Shown here: positions 1 to 8,082 of the stretch, piece after piece
How the letters are laid out: every line of letters begins with the position of its first letter
Position numbering within the stretch: the stretch's first letter is position 1
Assembly (NCBI RefSeq): GCF_000619845.1
Contig: NZ_JHUX01000003.1
Coordinates: 1,060,064 to 1,092,063 of the forward strand
DNA: 32,000 nt
From: Alkanindiges illinoisensis DSM 15370
Lineage (GTDB): Bacteria > Pseudomonadota > Gammaproteobacteria > Pseudomonadales > Moraxellaceae
Reading direction: 5' to 3'
Made by a program: the position numbers and the translations under genes
Notes under the pieces: generated by a model
What the model was told of the DNA's origin: nothing
Database searches by the model: none
Seen by the model: the letters and a program-made list of their open reading frames with translations, nothing else

Positions 1-2
1 AA

Positions 3-548
3 GCCCTGTTGCAGGATCGGCAATTGCGTGTCACTTATAAGGCACGGGCGCATCAGGGTGAGGACACGGTTTATACCTTAAATCCGCTGGCACTGGTACA
101 ACGTGGTGCCATTATTTACCTGATCTGCACGCGACATGACAAACCGGATGTACGCCAGTTTGCCCTGCACCGGTTTAGCCATGCTACGGTACTGGAAAGC
201 CGTTCCATGCATCCGGTTAATTTTAATATTGATGAATATCTGGCCGCTGGTGCACTGGGCTTTACTTCGTATAACCAGCAAAGTGTAGAGCCTATTTTTA
301 TTGAACTGCTGTTTCACGCCAAAGCTGGACAAACCTTTTTTGAGTCACGTTTAAGTGAAGACCAAACTGTAGAAAAACTGGAAAGTGGTGAAGTACGGGT
401 AACTGCTACTGTGCCATTTACCGCACAACTGGTATGGTGGTTACGCGCCTATGGCCGGATGCTGGTTGACATTAAGCCAGAGTTTCTGGCTGAACAGGTG
501 CATGAAACTGCATTTTTGCCCAAGCCTGAACCTGTAACTGATGTTTAA
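3..548 (+). CDS. WYL domain-containing transcriptional regulator, C-terminal fragment (5' end lies outside the window)
   Basis: The reading frame is open to the left edge, and the ttg at 9 is only the track's first possible start. The sequence LNPLALVQRGAIIYLICTRHDKPDVRQFALHRF is typical of a WYL ligand-sensing domain, followed by a C-terminal extension. Stop codon TAA at 546-548. Confidence 0.65.
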   Translation, partial: ALLQDRQLRVTYKARAHQGEDTVYTLNPLALVQRGAIIYLICTRHDKPDVRQFALHRFSHATVLESRSMHPVNFNIDEYLAAGALGFTSYNQQSVEPIFIELLFHAKAGQTFFESRLSEDQTVEKLESGEVRVTATVPFTAQLVWWLRAYGRMLVDIKPEFLAEQVHETAFLPKPEPVTDV

Positions 549-582
549 TTTTTAGAACTTATATAGCAACTCTAAAGATGAT

Positions 583-2220
583 CTAGCCTCTGAATTTACG
601 GGCTTCCTGCATTTCGTTTAGCCGATTTTCTAGTTTGGCCTGCATGCTGTAGTTGTTCTGTGCCAGTTTGCTGGCTCGCATCAATGAACGAATGGCGTTA
701 TCGACATCACCTTGCCAAAACTGGGTTTCTGCCCGAAAGCGCAACACTTGCAGGGTTTTTAGCGGGCTTTCCGGCAAACGGCTGGCAGCAGCTTCCATGG
801 TTTGCCATGCCACTAAATCACGCGGATTTTTATTCACCAATGGCTGCAATAGCTCCAGTGCCGCCTGTCCTTTACCCAGTGCGCTATAAGCCCGGGCGGT
901 GTAGATGGCCAGGGCGCGGTTTTCCGGCATGATCCGGTTTTGAAGCAATATAATTTCCAGTGCCTGCTGGGGCTGGTTGGCCATTAGTTCAATTTCAGTC
1001 TGGGTAATGGCAGCGATAACAGCTTCTGGCTGCTTCTGTGCAAATTGTTTAGCCAATCCACGCGCCTGTTCATACTTGCCCGCTCTGGCATAAAACAGTG
1101 CCAATGCTGGTACAGCGGCGGGATCACGATCGGCAGCAATCACCAGACGATTTTCAGTGACCTGATCACTTAAAACTGCCATACGATATTGCATTACATG
1201 CAGGTTGTTCTCATCGCCCAAATTTAGACTGGTTTTGTGTTTTGGGTGCTGTTTTGGATATTGGGCTGCACGCAGACGCGCCTCACTCATGCGCTCGGTA
1301 GATAACGGATGGGTTAGCCAGAAATCCGGCATAAAGCTGACTGTGCCGGTTTTACGGTTCATGGTTTCAAAAAAGTCTGCCATGGCACTGGGATTATAGC
1401 CCGCTGCATACATCAACTGCATACCGATCCGGTCTGCCTCGCGTTCCTGATTACGGCTATAGGAAAGCTGGCGATCAATCATGGCAGCCTGTGCGCCCAG
1501 TGCCACTGCACCGGCGGCATCCGATGACTGTGAAGCCAGCAAGATACTGGCCAGCATGCTACCCAAGGTAATGAGCGTCTGATTTTTAAAGGCTTCCTTG
1601 CTGCGACTATAATGGCGTTGCGAAACGTGCGCCACTTCATGCCCCATAACTCCTGCCAGCTCATCGATATTTTTAACTGATAATACCAAGCCCGTATTAA
1701 GGGCAAATAAACCGCCCGGTACTGCAAAAGCATTAATGGAATTGTCGTCAATAATAACCAAGCCGAGTGGCGCTGCAATAGTAGAGGCTTTGTCTGCCGC
1801 AGAAGCGCTATAAATCCGGCTAAAAATCTTGCTAAGTTCATCTTGTGTCCAGGGATCTTGGTATAATGGCATTTCCTTGCCAATCTGACGTAAGACCATT
1901 TCTCCCAACTGGGTTTCCTGCTGTTGATCCAGCAGGCTGGTACCCGCACCTAAGTCCGGTATTTCAACGCCAAACACAGTGTCATTATGGCGATGAAACG
2001 GTTCAGGCATGGCAGCTCTGGATGTATTCAGCAATCCTGTGGCATTCTTTCCTGTAGTATCACTTCCTGTAACATCATTCACCGACTGAACAGACTGCGC
2101 TGGGTTAGCTTGCTGCTTGGAATTAATAGTATCTGTAAAAATTAAGCTGTTAGTGGCTGGAACTGCTTGAGATGACAGCACGCTCAATAGTGTAAAAAAA
2201 CCAAAAACCTTTTTCTTCAT
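583..2220 (-). CDS. bepA: Periplasmic M48 metalloprotease with TPR repeats (BepA/YfgC-like, beta-barrel assembly-enhancing protease)
   Basis: N-terminal signal peptide MKKKVFGFFTLLSVLSSQAVPA. HExxH zinc motif in GHEVAHVSQRH. Downstream READRIG and LTHPLSTERM motifs of the M48 family. The C-terminal half is helical and TPR-like (ALFYARAGKYEQA, AYSALGKGQAA). Confidence 0.8.
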   Translation of the reverse strand: MKKKVFGFFTLLSVLSSQAVPATNSLIFTDTINSKQQANPAQSVQSVNDVTGSDTTGKNATGLLNTSRAAMPEPFHRHNDTVFGVEIPDLGAGTSLLDQQQETQLGEMVLRQIGKEMPLYQDPWTQDELSKIFSRIYSASAADKASTIAAPLGLVIIDDNSINAFAVPGGLFALNTGLVLSVKNIDELAGVMGHEVAHVSQRHYSRSKEAFKNQTLITLGSMLASILLASQSSDAAGAVALGAQAAMIDRQLSYSRNQEREADRIGMQLMYAAGYNPSAMADFFETMNRKTGTVSFMPDFWLTHPLSTERMSEARLRAAQYPKQHPKHKTSLNLGDENNLHVMQYRMAVLSDQVTENRLVIAADRDPAAVPALALFYARAGKYEQARGLAKQFAQKQPEAVIAAITQTEIELMANQPQQALEIILLQNRIMPENRALAIYTARAYSALGKGQAALELLQPLVNKNPRDLVAWQTMEAAASRLPESPLKTLQVLRFRAETQFWQGDVDNAIRSLMRASKLAQNNYSMQAKLENRLNEMQEARKFRG

Positions 2221-2422
2221 GGGTTCGCATAAACCTGTGCTTCAATGCATTTGTATTTGATGCATTTATTTTTAAGGATTGTGCAAGGCTTTTTCAGCTT
2301 ATTCTACAGGACTTTTGCAATGTAGCCTTCATAGTTTCCAGCCAGATTTTTACCGCATTCAAAGCAAACTCTGCTGTAAAACAGGCTGCAAAAACGGCAG
2401 AAATCCTGTATAAAACCAGAAT

Positions 2423-3025
2423 ATGTATCCGGCCATTTTTCGCCTGTTGACTGTTTTTTTTCAGGGCAACAGCCAGACCCCATTAAAAACCAGCCTGAAA
2501 AAAATGCTGGCCGGTTTTATGTGCCTGCTGCTTGTAAATGCCGGAATTGGCTGTTGGCAGCATGCGGCTGCGCAACCTCACATATTACAGGATCAGCGAC
2601 AGCAACCGCTGTCTCACCAACAATACCATGCTGGCACACCCTTGATGGCTTGCCACCAGACAGTTGTTTTAGAACATTCAGTTGGTTTAAAACAGGTAGT
2701 TGGTTTAAAACAGGTAGTTGCTTTAAAACAACTAGCTGCTTTAAATAATATGCATCACGGATCAATGCCACAAGATTTATTAAAGAAAAATCAGCAGGCC
2801 GTTTCCAGCCCAGATCCTATAAGTGCAAGTTCTGCCACTACACATGCTGTGTCACATCATCACTGTGCTTTAACCTGCTCGCTCTACACGCCACCTGCTG
2901 AATTAGCACAATACACCGTAGCCCACAGTACTTTGTTGCCTGCCAACAAGCCTTTTTATCTTATTGCAAACCCGCTTCAGGCGTGGCTGCGCGATCTGGA
3001 ACGTCCTCCGCAATTCCTCAGTTGA
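2423..3025 (+). CDS. Hypothetical signal-anchored protein with internal hexapeptide repeats and an HHHCxxxC motif, at the copL/czcI-like position upstream of copA
   Basis: Longest ORF between bepA and copA, on the same strand as copAB, ending 39 bp before the copA ATG. The alternative start ATG at 2504 gives KK-MLAGFMCLLLVNAGIGCW, which looks like a signal or TM segment. His/Cys motif AVSHHHCALTCS and C-terminal LERPPQF. No clear Shine-Dalgarno at either start, and the internal 18-bp repeats keep several frames open, so coding status is not certain. Confidence 0.45.
   Translation: MYPAIFRLLTVFFQGNSQTPLKTSLKKMLAGFMCLLLVNAGIGCWQHAAAQPHILQDQRQQPLSHQQYHAGTPLMACHQTVVLEHSVGLKQVVGLKQVVALKQLAALNNMHHGSMPQDLLKKNQQAVSSPDPISASSATTHAVSHHHCALTCSLYTPPAELAQYTVAHSTLLPANKPFYLIANPLQAWLRDLERPPQFLS
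2661..2750. repeat. Degenerate 18-bp tandem repeat, 5 copies
   Basis: Units are cagttgttttagaacatt, cagttggtttaaaacagg, tagttggtttaaaacagg, tagttgctttaaaacaac and tagctgctttaaataata. The two central copies match at 17/18, and identity decays outward. Confidence 0.9.
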
Positions 3026-3064
3026 TACTGTTCTTAATCATTAACACATCAATGAGGAATAATC

Positions 3065-4876
3065 ATGTCTTTGTTTTATCGCAGCTTTTCTAGTAATTTG
3101 TTTTCCAATAGCTTGTCGTCAAATTTTTCGGCACCTTCACGTCGCCAGTTTATTCAGGGAATTGGCATTGGTAGCCTGCTGGCCAGCAATATCAGTTTGG
3201 GCAAGAGCCTGAGTGCCCCGGAAATTCCGCTTTCACCAAATCAACCCCATGAACTGACAGGCAATGTATTTGACCTGCATGTGGGTTATCAGGCCGTCAA
3301 TTTTTCCGGTAAAGCACGAATTGCTACCACGGTAAACCACGGCATGCCCGGCCCATTATTGCGAATGCGCGAGGGTGACACCGTAAGCATTCGCGTACAT
3401 AACCATTTGCAGCAGGACACTTCAATTCACTGGCATGGCCTACTGTTACCCTACCAGATGGATGGCGTGCCTGGTATCAGTTTTGAGGGTATTAAGCCAG
3501 GTCAGGTATTTACCTATCAATTCAAACTGCAACAAAGCGGCACCTACTGGTATCACGCGCACTCGACTTTTCAGGAACAGACCGGGCTGCTGGGTGCCAT
3601 GATTATTGAGCCAAAAGCAGGTGAACGGCACACAGCAGACCGTGAGCATGTCTTGTTGTTGTCCGACTGGACTGACCTTGATCCGCTATATTTGCTGTCC
3701 AAACTCAAAAAACACAGTCATTTTGATAACCAGCACAAGCCAACGCTGATCAAACTCATGCAGGACATTAAGCAACAGGGTTTTGGACAAGCCATCCAGT
3801 TACGCCAAATGTGGAACCAGATGCGCATGAGTCCCACTGATTTTGCTGACCTGTCGACGGGTACTTATACCTTTTTGATGAATGGCCATGCTCCAGCACA
3901 GAACTGGACGGGCCTGTTTAAAAAAGGTGAAAAACTGCGCCTGCGCATTATTAATGGCAGTGCCAATACCTTTTTTGACCTACGGATTCCCGGCCTGAAA
4001 ATGACCGTGATTGCTGCCGATGGACAGGACGTGGAACCTGTGACTGTCGATGAAATCCGGCTGGGCGTGGCAGAAACCTATGATGTGCTGGTGCAACCTA
4101 TTGAGGATGCCTACACTATTTTTGCGCAAAGCATGGATCGTAGCGGCTTTGCTTGCGGCACACTGGCAGTACAAGCTGGATTGACTGCCACTGTACCTGC
4201 ACTTGACCCGGTGGAATGGCTGGGTATGCAGGATATGGGACATGCCATGGCAGGCAATATGGCCATGGATCAGGGTAGTCATTCTGGTCATAATATGAGC
4301 GATATAGCACCTGACCATACGTCCTTGATGCAACACCATGTGCAGCATGCCAGCACGGAAATGAACAATCCCAATGTCGACATGCAGGTCAATCAGCCAC
4401 GTACTAACCTGGATGATCCCGGTGTCAACCTCAGGCAAAGTGCCAAAACAAGGCGTGTGCTGACCTACGCCGACCTGCATACGATTGGCGGCAGTCTGGA
4501 TTCCCGAATGCCCACACGAGAAATTGAGCTGCACTTAACCGGCAATATGGAACGCTATGTCTGGGGCCTGGACGGCCAAACTTTCCATGAAGCTAAACCC
4601 GTTCACCTAAAGCCCAATGAACGGGTGCGCTTTACACTGGTGAATGACACCATGATGACCCATCCCATGCATTTACATGGCATGTGGAGTGAGCTGTGCA
4701 ATCCGGATGCTGATCAGCAAACCAATAACTTTCAGGTTCGCAAGCATACCATCAATGTTCAGCCTGCCCAGAAAATCAGCTTTGATGTTACCGCGATTGA
4801 AGGCCGCTGGGCCTGGCATTGCCATTTGCTGTATCACATGGAAGCAGGCATGTTCCGTGAAGTTGTGGTGGCATAG
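3065..4876 (+). CDS. copA: Copper-resistance multicopper oxidase CopA/PcoA
   Basis: RBS gagga lies 7 nt upstream. Twin-arginine signal SRRQFIQGIGIGSLLA. Copper-ligand motifs HWHG, YWYHAH, HPMHLHG and HCHLLYHMEAGM. Met/His-rich insert MQDMGHAMAGNMAMDQGSHSGHNM, typical of CopA/PcoA. Confidence 0.93.
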   Translation: MSLFYRSFSSNLFSNSLSSNFSAPSRRQFIQGIGIGSLLASNISLGKSLSAPEIPLSPNQPHELTGNVFDLHVGYQAVNFSGKARIATTVNHGMPGPLLRMREGDTVSIRVHNHLQQDTSIHWHGLLLPYQMDGVPGISFEGIKPGQVFTYQFKLQQSGTYWYHAHSTFQEQTGLLGAMIIEPKAGERHTADREHVLLLSDWTDLDPLYLLSKLKKHSHFDNQHKPTLIKLMQDIKQQGFGQAIQLRQMWNQMRMSPTDFADLSTGTYTFLMNGHAPAQNWTGLFKKGEKLRLRIINGSANTFFDLRIPGLKMTVIAADGQDVEPVTVDEIRLGVAETYDVLVQPIEDAYTIFAQSMDRSGFACGTLAVQAGLTATVPALDPVEWLGMQDMGHAMAGNMAMDQGSHSGHNMSDIAPDHTSLMQHHVQHASTEMNNPNVDMQVNQPRTNLDDPGVNLRQSAKTRRVLTYADLHTIGGSLDSRMPTREIELHLTGNMERYVWGLDGQTFHEAKPVHLKPNERVRFTLVNDTMMTHPMHLHGMWSELCNPDADQQTNNFQVRKHTINVQPAQKISFDVTAIEGRWAWHCHLLYHMEAGMFREVVVA

Positions 4877-4887
4877 GAGCAGCAAAC

Positions 4888-5868
4888 ATGAATTTTCAAA
4901 AACCAAATGGGTTTAATTTGTGCTCAAATGCTGCCTTACTGACTGCCCTTGTCAGCTTTCCAGCACTGGCACTTGCTGCACAAGCTGAGCACGACCAGTC
5001 TCACAGCCCGCATAGCCATCACCATACACATGGTACTACCATGTCAGAGATGATGGCTAATCCAGCGTCCATGCAAAATGTACCTCAGGTAGACAGCGTA
5101 GAACACACAGAGCATACAGAACCAGTAGGTCATTCAGCATCACCTAATAAAGACCAGATAACTGCCGGATTGCGTAGCCCCGATTATTCTGATGGTTACC
5201 AAAATACCGCATCTCACCATATGATGAGCAGCCCGAATTTGTGGAGCTTTGATGCTGAAAAACTGGAACTGGCGCATGATGACCATGCACAGCAGAACAG
5301 TGGACAATATGAACTAAAGCTCTGGTATGGCAATGACTACAACCGGCTTCATCTTAATACCAGTGGTGAATTTGCACAAAATGATCTGGAACAGGCCAGC
5401 ACCAGCCTGATGTGGTGGCGGCCTTTTTCGCCTTACTGGAATACCACGTTTGGGCTAAAACAGGATTATGACGCAGACAGCCCTGATCAGACATGGCTGG
5501 GTTTCGGTATAAATGGCCTTGCGCCCTACTGGTTTGATGTTGAAGCCAGTGTTTATGGCTCTTTAACTGGCCATAGCCAACTGGAACTTAATGCCAGCTA
5601 TGACCTGAATATTAGCCAGAAATGGGTATTACACCCCGAAGTAGAGCTATTGGCCTATGGTAAAACGGATGTCCAGCATCGCTATGGCGCAGGTCTCGCA
5701 GAAATCAAGAGTGGATTGCGCCTGCGCTATGAAATAACACCACAGTTTGCGCCGTATATTGGCTTTGAACACGAGCGTTTTGTGGGTAAAACTGCGAAGC
5801 TTTACAAAGACCTTGCGGATGACAGTAGCAGTAGCAAAATCCTGTTAGGGCTTCGTTTCTGGTATTAA
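4888..5868 (+). CDS. copB: Copper-resistance protein B (outer-membrane CopB/PcoB)
   Basis: Starts 11 bp after the copA stop. Signal peptide ending ALALAAQA. His/Met-rich N-terminal region (HDQSHSPHSHHHTHGTTMSEMM, EHTEHTEPVGH). The beta-barrel-like C-terminal part ends with LGLRFWY. Confidence 0.88.
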   Translation: MNFQKPNGFNLCSNAALLTALVSFPALALAAQAEHDQSHSPHSHHHTHGTTMSEMMANPASMQNVPQVDSVEHTEHTEPVGHSASPNKDQITAGLRSPDYSDGYQNTASHHMMSSPNLWSFDAEKLELAHDDHAQQNSGQYELKLWYGNDYNRLHLNTSGEFAQNDLEQASTSLMWWRPFSPYWNTTFGLKQDYDADSPDQTWLGFGINGLAPYWFDVEASVYGSLTGHSQLELNASYDLNISQKWVLHPEVELLAYGKTDVQHRYGAGLAEIKSGLRLRYEITPQFAPYIGFEHERFVGKTAKLYKDLADDSSSSKILLGLRFWY

Positions 5869-5905
5869 TATTGACAGGTTTTTCGTGAACCCCTGCTGTA
5901 TTTAA

Positions 5906-5944
5906 CATGCCCATGTCTATACTCAGGTTTAGGTCATGGGCATG
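5906..5944 (+). terminator. Perfect 10-bp stem hairpin downstream of copB (no U-tract)
   Basis: catgcccatg (5906-5915) pairs with catgggcatg (5935-5944) across a 19-nt loop, 38 bp after the copB stop. The sequence that follows is ctggcac, so this is not a classical intrinsic terminator. Confidence 0.4.
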
Positions 5945-6045
5945 CTGGCACTACGCAAAAATTACAATAAATACTTACTAAAACTCAATAGTTTAAGAAA
6001 ATTTTTAAATTACATTAGAGACAAGCATAAATTCTGGAGAACACC

Positions 6046-6900
6046 ATGTCCATTGTGGTAACTGGAGCGACTGGCAGACTGGGACAGCTAGTCATTCAGG
6101 AGTTACTCAAACGCACTTCTGCCAACAATATTGTTGCTATTGTCCGAAATGCAGACAAAGCCGCACAACTGGCAGCGCTGGGTATTGAAGTACGGCTGGC
6201 CAACTATGATGAGATTGAAAGCCTCCATACCGCACTGGTTGGTGCTGAAAAACTGCTGCTGATTTCATCCAGTGACGTTGGTAAGCGTGCTGTGCAGCAT
6301 TTTAATGTGATTGAAGCGGCACGACAGGCTGGGGTTAAACATTTTTTCTATACCAGTCTATTGCACGCGGATCGCTCGCCAATGGCGCTTGCTGAGGAAC
6401 ACTGGCTTACTGAACAGGCGCTGTTTAAGTCTGGCCTGACCTATACCATTTTACGCAATGGCTGGTACACCGAAAACTATACCAGTGGCTTAAAAATTGC
6501 CTTAAACCAGCATGTGATTATTGGGGCTGCCGATGAAGGCCAGATTTCCTCAGCCAGCCGTCAGGATTATGCCGAAGCTGCAGCCATCGTGCTGACCACT
6601 TTTGCGCATGAAAACAAGATTTATGAACTGTCTGGTGATAAAGCCTACACCCTGACTGAACTGGCCTGCGAAGTGAGCCGCCAGACTGGACAGAATATTG
6701 TTTATTTTAATATGACTGAACATGATTACCGGGAAAAGCTCCTCAGTATGGGTACTGAGCCTGCGGTTGCCAACTTGCTGGCCAATAGTGATGCTGGAGC
6801 AGCCTCTGGGGCTTTGTTTGATGACAGTGGTTGTCTGCGCCAGTTGCTGGGCCGTGAAACCACACCGTTAAGTGATTGCGTGCGACAAGGGTTGCTTTAA
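6046..6900 (+). CDS. qorB: NmrA-like SDR, NAD(P)H:quinone oxidoreductase 2 (YtfG/QorB-like)
   Basis: N-terminal Rossmann motif IVVTGATGRLGQ. Collinear resemblance throughout to E. coli YtfG as I recall it (IVAIVRN..KA, LLLISSS.VG.R..QH.NVI.AA..AGVK, YTSLLHAD.SP, LRNGWY.ENY, YELSGD.A.TL.ELA, SD.GA..G.LFDDS). Confidence 0.8.
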   Translation: MSIVVTGATGRLGQLVIQELLKRTSANNIVAIVRNADKAAQLAALGIEVRLANYDEIESLHTALVGAEKLLLISSSDVGKRAVQHFNVIEAARQAGVKHFFYTSLLHADRSPMALAEEHWLTEQALFKSGLTYTILRNGWYTENYTSGLKIALNQHVIIGAADEGQISSASRQDYAEAAAIVLTTFAHENKIYELSGDKAYTLTELACEVSRQTGQNIVYFNMTEHDYREKLLSMGTEPAVANLLANSDAGAASGALFDDSGCLRQLLGRETTPLSDCVRQGLL

Positions 6901-7042
6901 TTAAGCACTGCTTTAAATAAAGCATATTTTAATCATTGCAGGTCATATTGAGCTTACCAGAAGGGTAAATATTAATCTGGTAAGCTCAAGGAAAGGCAAA
7001 TTCTCAAACCATTAAAACACTCTAGCGACTTATAAGCTAAAT

Positions 7043-7753
7043 TTAATGCTCGCCCTTTTTGGGATATAACTTGTCATCAAACTGATCCAGCGTTGGAAAC
7101 TCAAGTGGCTGGAGCTGATCCAGATTTTGCAGATATTGCTTATAGTCTTCCAGAATTTGCTGGCGCGCTTCCGGGCTAATATAGGGCACATGATAGCCAA
7201 TAAACGGTGGCAGCACATCCATACCCACATAATACAGCGTGCCCCGCAGCACCGGACGCAACATGGTTTCAATTTCTCCATGAATGGCATCTGGTCCAAA
7301 CATGTGCTCGCGCCCGCCCAGGGTAAAACTCAGCAAGGCTTTCTTGCCTTTTAAACCACCCTGATCATAAAAGCGCTTGCCGCCATAGGTCAGGCCGGAA
7401 ACCAGCACGCGGTCAATCCAGCCCTTTAAAATGGCAGGTACTGAAAACCAGTATAGCGGAAAGCTAAAAATCACCAGATCAGCAGCAACCAGCTTTTCAA
7501 TTTCAGCAGCGATATCCGAGGCAATGGTCTGGTTTTCATAGTTGATGCGTTGCTCCAGGGCATACACCAGATAGTCCGGGTTTTTGCGGCTGCCAAAATC
7601 AGCAGCGGAAGCAACCGGATTAAAATTCATCGTATACAAATCAGACACTTCAACCTGATGCCCAGCATTGCTAAGCTCCTGAACCGCCAAATCCTTCATG
7701 GCTGTGGTAAACGATTGCGGTTCCGGATGTGCATGGACAATAAGTACATTCAT
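7043..7753 (-). CDS. Flavodoxin-like-fold NAD(P)H dehydrogenase (quinone), NQO1/Flavodoxin_2 family
   Basis: MNVLIVHAHPEPQSFTTAM N-terminus, FSFPLYWFSVPAILKGWIDRV and LTYGG motifs, all characteristic of the Flavodoxin_2 quinone reductase family. Confidence 0.8.
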   Translation of the reverse strand: MNVLIVHAHPEPQSFTTAMKDLAVQELSNAGHQVEVSDLYTMNFNPVASAADFGSRKNPDYLVYALEQRINYENQTIASDIAAEIEKLVAADLVIFSFPLYWFSVPAILKGWIDRVLVSGLTYGGKRFYDQGGLKGKKALLSFTLGGREHMFGPDAIHGEIETMLRPVLRGTLYYVGMDVLPPFIGYHVPYISPEARQQILEDYKQYLQNLDQLQPLEFPTLDQFDDKLYPKKGEH

Positions 7754-7927
7754 GGTAAAAGCCCTGTTCCTGAAAAAATTAATGATGAAAGATTAATACG
7801 AAAAAATCGGTTGTCAAAAACTGGCAACGCCAGCAAAACTGCCTGAAACATAGCATTTGCTTGCACAAGATACAATTTCTTCTGAACTGTAGCGCCTGAT
7901 CAAAATAGACAGTTTAAATAGATGCGT

Positions 7928-7974
7928 TAAACCCATGATTTAAATCCCATGTTTGTTGAAAAGTTTGTTGCAAA
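7928..7974. repeat. Two adjacent short tandem duplications in a divergent promoter region
   Basis: aaacccatgattt (7928-7940) is followed by aaatcccatgttt (7941-7953), matching at 11/13. gtttgttgaaaa (7950-7961) is followed by gtttgttgcaaaa (7962-7974). Confidence 0.85.
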
Positions 7975-8082
7975 ACTGGAACACTGCATCTTGAACGGCT
8001 TGCTGTTTATCAGACAAATTTAGGCTAACCTGTATTCATCTGTTTAGCCGTTCGGCCAATAAGCCTGCAAAAGGAATAAATC

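Noticed and set aside
2661-2750. The tandem repeat as a CRISPR array
   Set aside because: The units are contiguous with no spacers, only 18 bp long and degenerate. No cas genes are present.
3980-4534. 184-aa minus-strand ORF inside copA, plus similar antisense ORFs at 653..932, 1479..1949, 13126..13524, 19146..19658 and 23833..24153
   Set aside because: All are embedded antisense or out of frame within confidently identified genes (bepA, copA, leuA, icd, M61) and show no recognisable domains.
2221-5945. The copAB region as a mobile genomic island
   Set aside because: There is no integrase, transposase, flanking direct or inverted repeats, or tRNA gene anywhere in the window. Both neighbours are core-type genes.
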